Assembly (NCBI GenBank): GCA_040357565.1
Contig: JBDODJ010000015.1
Source of the DNA: Cercozoa sp. M6MM
Taxonomy: Eukaryota > Protista > Endomyxa: Ascetosporea
Strand: one strand, 5' to 3'
DNA length: 64,000 bases
Numbering within the stretch: the first letter of the stretch is position 1; every line of letters begins with the position of its first letter. Shown in pieces: positions 25,995 through 40,161 of the stretch. The translations under genes and the position numbers were made by a program. The notes beneath the pieces were generated by a model. It saw nothing but the letters and a program-made list of their open reading frames with translations. It did not search any database and was not told the DNA's origin.

Positions 25995-26549
25995 AATCGC
26001 TTGTCCGCGAGTGAGCAAAGGCGAGGACAGTGTAACAGTGAGAATGAACTAAAAACAGTGTGACTTAACGGTGCGCGACAAGGCGTGGATCTGGCCTGGC
26101 CAGGATACAAAAATAAGAATAAAAAGGAAGACCACTTGCCCTATGCTGTTTGGAAATCGATACGAACTAAAAACACTCTAGCAACAGCTGGCAACCAGCT
26201 CCGGCCACAACAATCAGTGGGTCACTTTATGATTGCAGGGTCGTTCTGACTCTTTGCAAAGAACCCAGGCACCGGCAGGGGACCTCACACCCCTAAAAGC
26301 AGAGTGAACTTGCACTGTAAGTGCTGTACCGTGTATGCACCAAGGAACGAAAAAGAGAAAAGAGAGAATAGGAATTGACCGCGTGCTCTACTTTTTCCGT
26401 CTAAACATACCGTACAATTGTACTGGAAACTGCTTCAGAACGAATGATGATTTCAGTTTCAAGGTTGCAGATTGCAACAATTTGACACTACCGTCGTGTG
26501 AAGTCTAGGCGACCACCACTATCACTCATCTGACGCAAATAACCGCAAC

Positions 26550-26874
26550 TTAGATGCTATCGTCGGAGCTGCAACCGTCGAAGTCACGAACACTCTCGTC
26601 GGCAGGCACGGAGCGAGCCACTTCTTCGGCCGATTCCTTGTGTAGTTTCCTCAGCGACGGTGCCTTGCGCCGCGATAACGGCTTTGTCTTCACTTGTGCA
26701 ACAGGCGTGGCGTGGCGCAACAGCCGGAAGCCTGCGCGCTTGAACCTGGACAAGTTGATGCGGCACTCCTTCATTGTGTGCAGACGTCCGTCAATCGCGA
26801 ACTTGATCATTGCGACTGCCTTCTTTCGCTTTGACTTTGACTTCGACTTCGACTTCGACTAGGTGAACAGATAC

Positions 26875-26930
<56 letters not shown>

Positions 26931-27008
26931 CACACACACACACGCACACACACACACACACACACGCACACACACACACACACACGCACGCACACACACA
27001 CACACACG

Positions 27009-27040
<32 letters not shown>

Positions 27041-27041
27041 C

Positions 27042-27080
<39 letters not shown>

Positions 27081-27081
27081 C

Positions 27082-27124
<43 letters not shown>

Positions 27125-28886
27125 GACACACACGATGCTTGAGATGTGAACAAGCACACCTTGCCTTTGATCGCATTCCGAAGTTCTTCGATGATGCCTG
27201 TGAAATCACACATACCCACAAGAATGGAACAAGCACACCGAAAAAACAAAGACGCGTACACGTCTTGCGGATGACCAGTCGGTCTTCGTTCAGCGCCTTT
27301 TCGACGCGTTCACGGTAACAAGCAGGAAGATCCTTCTCCTTCATCTGCCGAGATCAATCGGTTCCAGAAAAACGACAGTCGATAGTTGACAAGAAAACAT
27401 AGGGTACCAAAGCCGTCAACACGTCAGCATATGTGCTGGCGTCGCCAGGGTCTCCAGCAGTGAACGCTTTCTCCTCATCGACCACGCTGCCTTGCTGCGC
27501 CAGCACCTGTCAAAAACACCCACAGTATTCATTCAAAATAGTTGAAGCGGAGAAAAGTGAAGCAACCTTGGCAGCGAGAAGGAAAAGCGCCCTCTGTTCG
27601 CGCAAAGGTGGCGCAAAATTATTGTTATCAAAGCCTGATGCCTAAGGAGCACGCAGGTTTTGAAATGGAACACACGAGCAGCAAGAAGACAGCAAATCCA
27701 ACCTCAGTGACAACGACGTTGCGACGCACGATTTTCTTGGAAGACACCAACATTTCGCCCTTCTTCTTCTTCCTAAGAACACTGGGTTTCTTGGCCGTGG
27801 TGTGCTTACTCTCGACTGGCGATTGAATCTCGAACTTGAAGCGGTGCCGGTTGGAGCGCTTCGACATGCGACGCTTCAAATTGCTCGGTGCGTCAGTTTC
27901 GGCCTTCTCGGCTTCTTTGACTTCTTGGGAGCTCGGATGTTCCTCTTCACTCACTTCATCGTCCTGCATGGGAGCGTCTTCGTCATCCTGCATGCTCATG
28001 TTGTTGCTATTGTCATTGCTGCTTTCATCGCGACCCACTCCGTCGCGCATTTCGTCCTGGGCGTCCTCGTTCGGCAGCGGAGGCACAAGCAAGCTCTGTA
28101 TCACATGCACAAAGGTCCTCACAGCTTTAAACAGTTCGGCATTAAAAAATATACCGGAGTTTCACATCGACTGAGAGTGCTCGAAAGTGCAACCTTGCGT
28201 CGCTTTGGCCGAGGCTGTGCCGGGAACAAAATTGATGAACAGTGAGTTTTTTCACCTGGCACTTCGTGTTCTTGTTCTTGTTCGTGTTCTTCTTGCTCGT
28301 TTCGCTCTTGATTTTGCTCTAGCTTCGGAGACTTTTGTTCTGGCAGAATTTCTTCTTGCTCTTGATCGATTGGAAAACCGTGTTTCTCCTCTTGTTCTTG
28401 CTGCTCTTCATCCTGTCGTTCATCTTGCTGCTGGTCTTCGCTTTGTCGCCGCACTTCACCTTGCAGCTGCTCTTCATCTTGCAGCCGTTGTTCCTCCTCT
28501 CGTCCTTGCTGCAAGTCGAGCTCCTGCTTGAACGCACTGTCAGGACACGCTTCTTGTGACGACTCGTTTTCCTCGTCTAAATCGAGTTCGTCGACATCAG
28601 AAACATCGTGTCCGAGTTCAGCCTCGCGCAGCTTCTTGAGCGCCGTGTCAAGCACTAAAATATCGAGCGCTCGCATTTCTCTCTGGAGATCAGTGAACAT
28701 ACACCTTTGCGACTCCACCTCCTGCTGTTGAAAGGCACGGATTACTGACTGAATGCGCGCAAGGCCTTCTTCAAGTTGCTGCAGAAACGCAAAACAGACC
28801 ACATGGCGCCACAAAAATACAGTGATTGTGTGATTTTGCTGGCTTACCGCTTTGGCAGCTTTGAGATCGGCAACCGTCTGACCCAT
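26550..28886 (-). CDS. Hypothetical acidic/coiled-coil protein with basic NLS-like patches
   Basis: Spliced ORFs from MGQTVADLKAAKA to ...SSDDSI*; E/Q-rich; PRPKRRK. Confidence 0.6.
26878..27118. repeat. Intronic (CA/CG)n microsatellite, about 240 bp
   Basis: Directly visible. Confidence 0.95.
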
Positions 28887-29106
28887 CGTAATTCGTGCCA
28901 CTTACGGCAGTGTCTTATAGGAGTTGTAGCACTCCAGGTTGTAAATTTGTTAAAGGGACTTGTTGGGATCGATCAGCGCTGGCTACCAGAGCCCGATTGG
29001 CTGCCAGATTAATGTCTGATAGCGTGGTATCGGACTGAGCTGTATGGTACAGAATGACTCGAAGCGCCACTACATACAAAAATTAGTTTCGATTGGCTCG
29101 ATGAAT

Positions 29107-30734
29107 TTAGGCGCTCACGGTCACAGAGGGACCAGAGCCCGATTGGTTGCCTGCAAAAGAAGAAACGTTGGGTCAATTGAGTGAGTGAAAGAAAGATCCG
29201 CGGAAATATAGTACCCGGGTTCTTGGACTGACCCCAGAACTTGTCCGGGTTGCGCGATTGCGTGTACAGCACGGCAGGGCCGTAAAACTTCATGACAATG
29301 CCCTCGCCACCAAAAGCCTACCCACACACAGCCATCAATCCAAAAAACTCGAGTTTTCGTGAACTTGAGTTTTTGGTGAGGGAGCTACCGTGGACAGGCA
29401 GTTCTTGAACGACCATTCGCCGAGGTGCTTGCCTTCGTTGGGCTACAAACGAACATGTCCAGTGTATCAACGAGGTTGCCATGAAGCGAGTAAAACAGTA
29501 CCAGGCCGACCGAGATCGAAGCCTTCTCGTGAGCAGCAAAGAAGAGACCGTTGTCAACGAAGAACTTCTGGCCGTGCTGCACCTCATGACGCTCAATGGC
29601 ACCGTAGCCACCCTACGGATATCCACATGTATCCTCAAGAAAGTGACGTTGGAGCAAAGAAGGAAACACACGCCGAAAACGACGCCAACGCCGCCATCAG
29701 TGACGGTAGCCAGCGTGAGCATAACGCCCTCGCCACCCACAATGTGGCCAATGCAGCACGGCTACACACACATGTCCATTCATAGTCTGTCAACTTGGGC
29801 AGGATGTTTAAAAGAAGGTACGCAACGAGCTGAGATGCAAACGTTGCTCGTGGCGGCCACAAAGGCACCCTCTGCAACATAAAAACAGGATAGGCTGGTC
29901 CGATAAACTAAGAGGAATCCAATTACGGTTCATGATCCAGCCGTTGCCAGGCGTCACAGCGAACGGCAACAGGTCACCTACGCTCACATATTGCATTCCA
30001 AAGTGGGCCCCAAGAGGCAAAAACAAAGAAAACCCACCCGGCAGGATGTCACCAAAGGCAACACGGCCAGGACCGGTGAACTAAGAGAACAACACACGTT
30101 AGTATTAGCACACTGTCGTAAATAAACATACCTCATTAATGCACAAGTGCTCGCCCGACAGGCATCGACCGCACCTATGAAGACACTGCTAAAGCAACCT
30201 TCAACAGAGAAGAAATTCAGCCTACGAGTTGATGGGGCCGTCGCGGCATTGTGTCTCGATTTGCACAGTGCTGTCGCCCCACAGGTAAGCACCTGCCGCA
30301 CAGACATTTTCGTTCACTCAAACATCCTCAAAAACAAGCAGTACGCAGGTACCAGAGTCGCCAAGGAACGTTTGCCCCTCACCGAGCTGGACCTGCACGA
30401 ACGCAAAAGCCGGACGGCCCGAGATCCTGCAGGAATAACGCTTTCCAAAGCCCAGTCCAAACTCTGACAAAAACTTCGTTACGAGTAAGTGATAGGTGGC
30501 TGCTGCGGCGCGCCAGCAACGAACTGGAGCTGCTCGTTCGTTGTTGTGGGAACCCACTGATGACTCTGCAACACACAAAATTACCAAAATTCCCACAAGA
30601 ACCAGTAGGTCCTGTTAACGTGCCCACACACACAGCGATGCTCACAGCACGCTTGGGACGCGCCTTTAGGCGCACGATCACAACGTCAATAGGTCATCCC
30701 AAAAGGCCCTTGCCAGACTCTGCACTCTTACCAT
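29107..30734 (-). CDS. AIM24 (TRAP-like) family protein
   Basis: RISGRPAFAFVQVQLGEGQTFLGDSG, LSGE....NEFTGPG.V.FG..LPGD, GAFVAAT, GGEG, GGYGAI..HEV..GQ.F.VDNG, GEGIVMKFYGPAVLYTQSRNP; start approximate. Confidence 0.8.
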
Positions 30735-31435
30735 CGCTGCTGTTAACTCAAAGGAGACGCTTGTATTGACAGCACACGCGCTCTGGGGCGGCTAGCGCGG
30801 CTTTGTCGGGCACTGAGGGAGAGCAAGCCTGATCGGTGACCCATTGATGCTGTCATGGGCTCCAAAACTCGATTGAGCCCAGTATCGATACGAAACTACT
30901 CGCTGCTGACTCCAAGCAGCCTCTCGGTTTAAGCACAGATTGGCATGCTCGCTGTAGTAAGGTCAACGTTGTTTAAGTTAAGCCGGGCAACAAGTGTCGG
31001 ACGGTTTGGTACGGTTTTTACCTGAGACCACTATCGATCACAAATTCTCTTTCGCAGCTCCCGGACCTTTTTAAACTTTCATGAAACTTGTTCACTTTCT
31101 TGGGTATTGATGTGAAATACTACATGCGCTGTGAACAGAACTTTCAAAATCTTGTACGTGAGGTTTACGAAAAGCCCTAGAAGCCATACTGCGCGATTTT
31201 TTGGTTGAATGCGCGCGCTTTTGTTCTTTTGATCGCTCAGTGTCCACCTTGTTTGGCCCTTGGCTTGGGTTGTGCTGTGTCGACTTTGAGCTTCTTTGGC
31301 TCTCAAGACACGTGTTCTCACACAAAACCCTTGGCTCGTTTTTGTTGGCTGGGAGCGGTTTCTCCACACGGAAAAAATTCCCTTCCCACGTCGGCCTGAC
31401 GCCACACACAGTTTTCCGCGATTTCAATCTTAAAC

Positions 31436-33391
<1,956 letters not shown>

Positions 33392-33996
33392 TCACTGCAG
33401 ATTGCTTCAGACAAGATTGCTTGGATCGCTCGTTCACCAAGTCGCTGCCGGTGTTTCACTGACCCGACTGACGTGACGTGACAGTATTAGTCGAGTTCCT
33501 TTATTAGTTTGTTACTGTCAATATCAATCTGTTACAGCATGATCTACTGTATCCGCGCGAAAGCCGTGACTTACATAATACCTCAAGAGAGGTGTGGAAG
33601 TTGTTGACGTGTGTTCGCTGGCATCCTGACCTACTGATCTCTCCAGGACCAGTTGTCTCCGCTTCTACCCGCCCTCCGCCCTTTCCAGAGGCCCTTCCTT
33701 CTTCTTTCTTTTCCGTGCTTCACGCCAACTCAATAAAAGCATCTGGCGGGCTTTCCTGTCCTCCAGTGCTTTGCCGCCCAACTGTGAACCGTTGGGGTAA
33801 CTCACTCTTAGGGTACGCCGGACACATTAATTTATTAAGGACAAACCGCGGTCCATCGATTTACAGGGGCCTTTATGAATTGATTTTCGTGCTGCGCGAC
33901 TGTAAGGCCTAAAGAATAACACGAATGCAGATAAATCTGTGCATAACGTCTGGAGAAGGAGTTCGTTTTGGAATCGAGGCCACAGAGGCTCAAGAT

Positions 33997-35300
33997 ATGG
34001 CGGAGCTTGCAAGAGACAGCTTTCGGAAGGCCCTGGAGTACAGGTTGCGGCGCCGGTCGATTGTATTTAGCGAAGAAGAGTCGAAAGCAACTGCCGAAGC
34101 TTACGTTACTCGTGGTCTATTCCTCTAGCCCTCGACGAACTTGCGACTTCAGGCTTCCGCCTTGACACTCTTTCAATGCACGACTTCCTTCTTGTTGGTT
34201 GCTACCTCGCCGTCGCGCTGCCGCCAACGCCAACGAACCACAACTTTCTTGATGAAGCGATAGCAGCTGCGAGTACTCAGGTGGAAGGAACTCTATGCAA
34301 TTGCCAGCGACGTTACAGTGAAGTCTCTCCCTGCCGAGTCCTTCTACACTGCGGGTGGAGTCAAGTGCGCGCGCGGCGCTAGTCGTTCATTTACCCAACT
34401 TCTTCAATGCTCACAGGTGACTCAAAAACAAGCAGTCGAAAATTATCGCTTTCTTCTGATTCGAACTTCGCAGGTGATTAATAACTTGAAACCCACCTCG
34501 TCGGGTTGGCAAGTACCGTCAAGCAAAAGAGTTGAGCGCCCCTGTCACCGCTGAAATTGAAACTGCAAAGAAACACCTCCAGCTTCAACAACGCGGGTAC
34601 GAAATGACCCGTGATCCCGCGCGTTTGCAGACATGCCACGAATGGAAAAGGTACATTGCTGACTCGAGCGACGACGGACGCAGCTACCCTGCGCTGGACT
34701 CATCGAGCGAGCTGATGGCGTCCTCCATGAACTGCCAACAATCCCGAGTGACTACGAAGTCGAAACATATCCAGCGAAGTTACATTGCATCTTCACGGAG
34801 GACACGGCCACGATCGCCGCTGGCGCCAAGTTTTTCGATTGAGAGAAACGTCGGTGGACTCACACTCCGACTTGGAGAACGTGAGCTTCGCATGCACGCT
34901 CAACACGCTGGCTGAAACAGAGATGTGGCCAGCTGATTGTGAAGGTGTTCGCAGACAGCTGAAGTACATTGTCCGGCAGTTGCCGTCGACGACGATCGCC
35001 GTCGAAGCCAGCTTCAGCTGCTTGGACCCGGTCTTTCAAGAGAAGCACAGCATAGACACGTCATCACTGAGCGCTCGTGTGTTGCTGAACTCTTGCAGTC
35101 GTCGCTATGACAAAACGTTCGTTGCTCACACAGGCGAGTTGCGAGGAGGAGGGCGAACCAGAGGAGCCGGGCGTGTAAGCGAGCACCATTGCGTTCGAGA
35201 AGTTCGTTCAGCGCGAACTCGAAGGCGAGCGTGCTCCCTCAGAGTCCGCCATCAAAGCGCGCTGTGAGCAGTTTCGCATGACTTCGAAGTTTGCTGACAG
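33997..35300 (+). CDS. Hypothetical protein (spliced; ends approximate)
   Basis: Chain of short ORFs separated by GT-AG introns; no family recognised. Confidence 0.4.
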
Positions 35301-35656
35301 AGCCAGTGCGTGTTCATCTGCCAAAACCAATCGGACCGCTGAGCTTGTCGGCAAAGCGAACCCTCTCGTAGCATGCACTGTTCTTTTTTAACTTGTTCGT
35401 GTGGTTTAGAGATCAATTTCATGTGTGTAGAGCGAACGGTAACTTTTTATTAGCCTGTAAATCGTCCAACCGGCGCTCTTTTCGTCCAAGCGGCGTACCC
35501 TAAGTCTCTTTCAAACTGACACTTGGCCACTCTCACTCCAAAACAGACTTTCTTACGTTCCGTAGTTTTTTTTTTGTCTCACTGGCAAAGTACCCTCAAT
35601 TTACCAAAACCTGATCCCTATCTAAGAGGGCTGCGGTAACAAATCAATCTACTCGG

Positions 35657-37164
35657 CTACTTGCTCCGCGTGAAAACACGTATCCGATCGGTCTGCCATG
35701 CCAAAAAGAAGTGGTGGTATTTGCAAAGTTGAAAGTTATCCTGAGTTTCGCAAGCGAATGCTGGTGGGCGCACCCTTCTTGTGCGACCTGACAAAGCAAA
35801 CACAGTGCCGTGTGTCATGCTACAAGAATGTAGTTTGCTGTATCGGTGTTCTATACCGTTGCAACATCGTGAGTCGCTCACCTGTCGTCATCAGCAACTG
35901 GTACTCTCGCCTTTTGAAGGCGTTGAGTGGCGTTGCCAGTTGTTCCCATCGCAAAGAGCGAACGTTGAGTCGATTCAACGGGTCCCAGAGCAAAAGCGAC
36001 AGTTCTCCCATTTCTCCATTCCGTCTGACGGCACCGATCACCGTGAGTCTGCAGAAAAACAAAAAAAAAACAAAAATTAGTGACAAATAATCAGACTGTG
36101 AAAACGCACGAATGGCCGCCTCTTTGAAGGTACACTGGTAGGCCTGTGCCTAGTGCGTTCCATGCCTACGAACAAAGGCGCCCATAGCAAGGGGAATGAA
36201 AGCAAAAAAGCTACCTGCCGAAATAGCATGACATGTTTCTCATTTCCGCGGGTCACCGAATCGACCAGTGATACCTAAAGGCATCATTTTTGAGATAACA
36301 CAGGTCAACTAAGTAATAAATTAGCTCACGTCAACGTTTAAATGCGACAGTAGCGCCCAGAAATCCACGGCACCCATCCAGCGTTTCTTCAGGGTCAAGA
36401 AAGTCGTAAATTGTACGACCTGAGAACAAGCAAAAGATTTGGCATACCGTCTTGGCAAAGCGGATAACACGTGGATCAAAGCCTTGCCGTCGGGCTTCAT
36501 CGACCGTGTTTTGAATTTCGCTCACTGAGAGTTCACTTTGATTCTGCGGGGGAAAATGAGAAAGACAATGATGTGATTAAAAATAGAACGATACGATCAA
36601 GCCCCGGCGATGCAGAGAATCTAGCAGTATTTGGAAGTTGCGAGGTCCACAGGTCCAGTTCTGTCGGTTTCTCTGTTAGAGCAAGAAGTGAGAAGAAGAC
36701 ATCGGTACATCAGTTTGTCGAAAGAGATCGCATTCGTCGCACAATCGAAACTGAAAGTGGTACAGCTCAAGCCAAACCACAAAGTTAATAACAAGGGAGG
36801 TACCTCAATGTCACTTTCGGCCTGCAACTGTCGCTGTAGTTCGGAAATTAGACCACTCACGCGGTTTCCGTGTACCCTAAACCCACACAGTGTCCAATCG
36901 GCATGAATTGGAAAAACCCCCAAAATACCGAATCCTGCGACTTGGCGCTTCGGTCGGACGAGCAACAGGCTCCTCTGGTATTTTTTCGTCCGTGAGATCG
37001 ATGATCTCGTCGTCGTCTGCCTGTATTCCCTGGGCAGAAACACGCGATTTCAACAAAAAGCAAAAAAACAAAACAGGGACCTCGATATTGTGTAGCGACA
37101 AATGGGCGCCATATTCCTCCATGGGCACCGAGCGCTCGCAAAACTCACATGGAATCGTATCCAT
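35657..37164 (-). CDS. ZUP1/ZUFSP-Mug105-like C78 peptidase (deubiquitinase) with N-terminal UBZ-like finger
   Basis: CEFC...HLSLH finger; WTCGPRNFQILL (catalytic Cys), EIQNTVDEARRQGFDP, PVYLQRGGHS.TVIG (His), LLWDP (Asp), EYQL. Confidence 0.82.
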
Positions 37165-37249
37165 TGTCTCTAGCACACTCGTGCGCACTGCGGGGTATTG
37201 TAAAATACAGTCTACCTCAAGCACTTGAGGACGACTTGACAAAATTTTA

Positions 37250-37921
37250 ATGAAGATGATATTATCCAGATTGCCAGTGGAATGCGTTTTACCTCTCTTA
37301 TTCCGCTCTAACTCTTTTTGACCCTCTCCTACCCCTACACCTGTGCCCCCCCCCAGTTTCGAGGCCGATCGCGGATTCGTTTGGTGAGCGGTGCTTGCGC
37401 CAGATCGCATCCGGCCAAAGCGCACCTGTGTCCCGAGGATTCCGGTTTTACCGCTTTACCCCCTTTACCACTCCCCTTACCCCTTACCCCTTACTCCTTT
37501 ATAACTTCTACCCTTGAACCGCTTTATCCCCTTCATGAGTAGGAAGTGTGCCAGGCTTGGCGAGTGGAGGCGAGGACGCTTTGTTCGTGTCGCCTCGTCG
37601 CATGTACTCCATATTTACCCCTACCCTACCCCCATTTACCCCTTTCCCTTTTACTCGTTTACCATTTACCCCTTTACCCTATTCACCCCCGCCCCCCCAC
37701 CTTACACACAAACGCAGCGGCGTCGCTGATGGTGTGGGTGGCTACTCGGCCAAGAACGGCCGTCCGTTGGACGTGATGAACTTCTCGCGACAGCTGTGTC
37801 GTGGCATGCTCGACTCTGGTACAGCTGTGTCTGGCTATCTGAATCTACCCCACTGTTACCCCCTCCCCTTTCCGTACAGACAGGCACGACCTGCGAGACG
37901 TGCTGAAGGAAGCCTACGCAG
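37250..37921 (+). pseudogene. PTC7-like PP2C phosphatase, 5' part only
   Basis: LVSGAC..HPAK...GGEDALF, IGVADGVGGY, FSRQLC, VLKEAY; no downstream N.GDSG or DG/DD motifs found before the next gene. Confidence 0.65.
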
Positions 37922-37927
37922 GTACAC

Positions 37928-37981
37928 AAAAAAAGTGTGATACAATCGTGGATTTTTCGTGTCATCCTTAACGCAGGGACC

Positions 37982-38012
<31 letters not shown>

Positions 38013-38033
38013 TGAATTATGCCCCGAAGGGCA
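37928..38033 (-). ncRNA. U6: U6 snRNA
   Basis: Minus strand: TGCCC-TTCG-GGGCA 5' stem-loop, AAAATTGGAACGATACAGAGAAGATTAGCATGG..CCTGCG..AAGGATGACACG, T7 terminator. Confidence 0.97.
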
Positions 38034-38487
38034 ATTTGGTGATGGAAGCATCCAATAGACCAAGCAGAATACAGATTGTCTAAGCCCGTCACCTCATGGG
38101 TCGATTAATAAGACAAAAGGCAAAAAAACTGGATTCTACGGTTGATTTGGATGGGCTCAGCCACTGCACAGTACCAGCCCTGCTGATACAACCACATTTC
38201 CTCGGTCATCAGCATCGTCCAAAAGCCAAAACCAGTGCAGAACACATTTCAAAGAAGCTGCACATCATGGGTTTGAAAGCAACAGTCACATATCAAGAAG
38301 TATCGAGCTATTTCGCTACAGTTGAGTCGATTTTTAGCCCAAAGACAGAAAATCCTCATTGTTCTGCGCAGCACCGGACCGCCGGGAGCTATCTCAAAAA
38401 TAAAAACCACCACCCCACACGGCTCGAGTCGATTAGAGCACCGAGTGACTCGAACAGCGTGTAATTGGGTGTGGCACACGCACCAGA

Positions 38488-39992
38488 ATGTCGTTGGGAG
38501 CCGACGACAAGGGTTCGCTAGAATGCCCACATTGTGCGCAGAGCTTTGATCACAGTGGGCACCTACACCGGCACATCCAGTCCGCCCACTCGGACAAAAA
38601 GTAAGTTGCGTGTGCTACGATTGGTGTTTTCGAGAACTGAACACTATGTGAGCAGACCGTTTAAATGCACGGAGTGTCCGAAGGCGTACAAGCGTGCCGA
38701 TCACCTGAAGCGGTACGCTGACGGTTGTGCTTTCAGTGTCGTTTCTTGTTTATCAAATGTTTGGAATGTGCAGACACATGCGAACACACACTGGTGAGTG
38801 TTTTTCTCGATTAGGTGTCGGAAAGATAGATTACCTTTACTTTAATGACAGGCGAACGACCATTTAAATGCGACAAGTGCAAGGCTGCTTTCGCGTGTGC
38901 ACACCACTTAAAACGACACCAGCTTTCGCAACATACGACCGTTCAACAATATCAGTACTGTTGACACATGCTTTCAACGAATTTCTTTTTTTTGAGTGAA
39001 AGCATCTGATAGGTGCGACGAATGTGATGAGACTTTCAACAAGAAACAAGGTCAGTCCTCAGGTTGTTTTGGTTTCTAAGCAATACTCTTTCGTCGAAAC
39101 AGGACTCAAGAAACATCAAGCTGATGTGCACGGTCGTTTGGCCTTCAAGTGTCGCCATTCCGATGCGTATCTTGAACTCGCACTTGTGAATTTCGGATGA
39201 TTGTTCAAGAGTGTTGCGCACAGAGACGGCAACGAGTGCGATCGAGCTTTCAGAAGTGTGCGCGAACTGGCGCGACATCGAAGAGTTCACGAGTTCGTCG
39301 TTTCAAGTTTTGCATTGTTGTGTTTCGATTTCGATTTTCTCTGTTGTATTTGAAGAGGTAAAAGCGAGCGCGACGAGCGCCCGAAAAAGAAGCGGAAGCT
39401 CCAAAAGCATGAAAAGCGGAAATCATCATTGAAATCGCATGTTTGTCCCGAATGCGGCAAGTCGTATTCCAAGGTGATTTTGTTCTTTGAAAACGAGGTT
39501 GCATTATCATGTGCTCTGTGTGTCAGGCGAGCAACTTGAAAACGCACATGCGAGTGCGACACAGTGAGGACAGCAAACCTCACAAATGCGAATGCGGCAA
39601 AGCATACGCACATGCACACTCCTTGCGTGCACATCTGGCTTCTGGTGCCTTTCGTTTTGAGTAGGAAGGGTTGGTCGACTGTTTTTCTTCTAGGTCTGTG
39701 CGAAAAGCAAAGTGGCAGCGAACAACGCCGACAAGAACAGGAGCGGCAGCGACTCGAGGTACGTTTGAGCCCATTGAAATCTGTCTTTGTTACTTTGCTT
39801 CCTTTTAGGCTCGCGTAATCTCACAAATTCTGTCCGCGCGGCCACAGACGAACGATCTGCAAATGTCACCGCTTCTTTGTTTTCTATGTGTTTTGACATC
39901 TGACGTGCTTGACTGCCCATAGAGTCGACGATGAGGATACAGACTACGTTAGTGACGCATGGACCGATGCGCACGCGTTGTCGGCCTTTTAA
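38488..39992 (+). CDS. Multi-C2H2 zinc finger protein (about 7 fingers), TFIIIA-like
   Basis: CPHC..HLHRH, HTGERPFKC linker, HHLKRH, LKKHQADVHG, SNLKTHMRVRH; basic KKKRK insert. Confidence 0.8.
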
Positions 39993-40161
39993 TCTTGAAC
40001 TGACGGAATGAATAACTTTCTCCCGCGCAGAGCACCAGAACTCAAACAAATCTGACTGGCCGGATGGAAATTACGTTTCGTAACAGACGTCTATCACCCG
40101 CTTCTCGTTTTGGGTCGCCTTCAGTTAAGCTAGTGTTCTACTTAACTGTCGTTCGTCGCGG

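Noticed and set aside
26443-26534. C/D box snoRNA (ATGATGA...CTGA)
   Set aside because: Only a 2-bp terminal stem and no recognisable rRNA or snRNA guide.
26791-27344. Poly-CV and poly-HT ORFs (also at 5206-6109 and 7155-7862)
   Set aside because: Translation artefacts of intronic (CA)n tracts.
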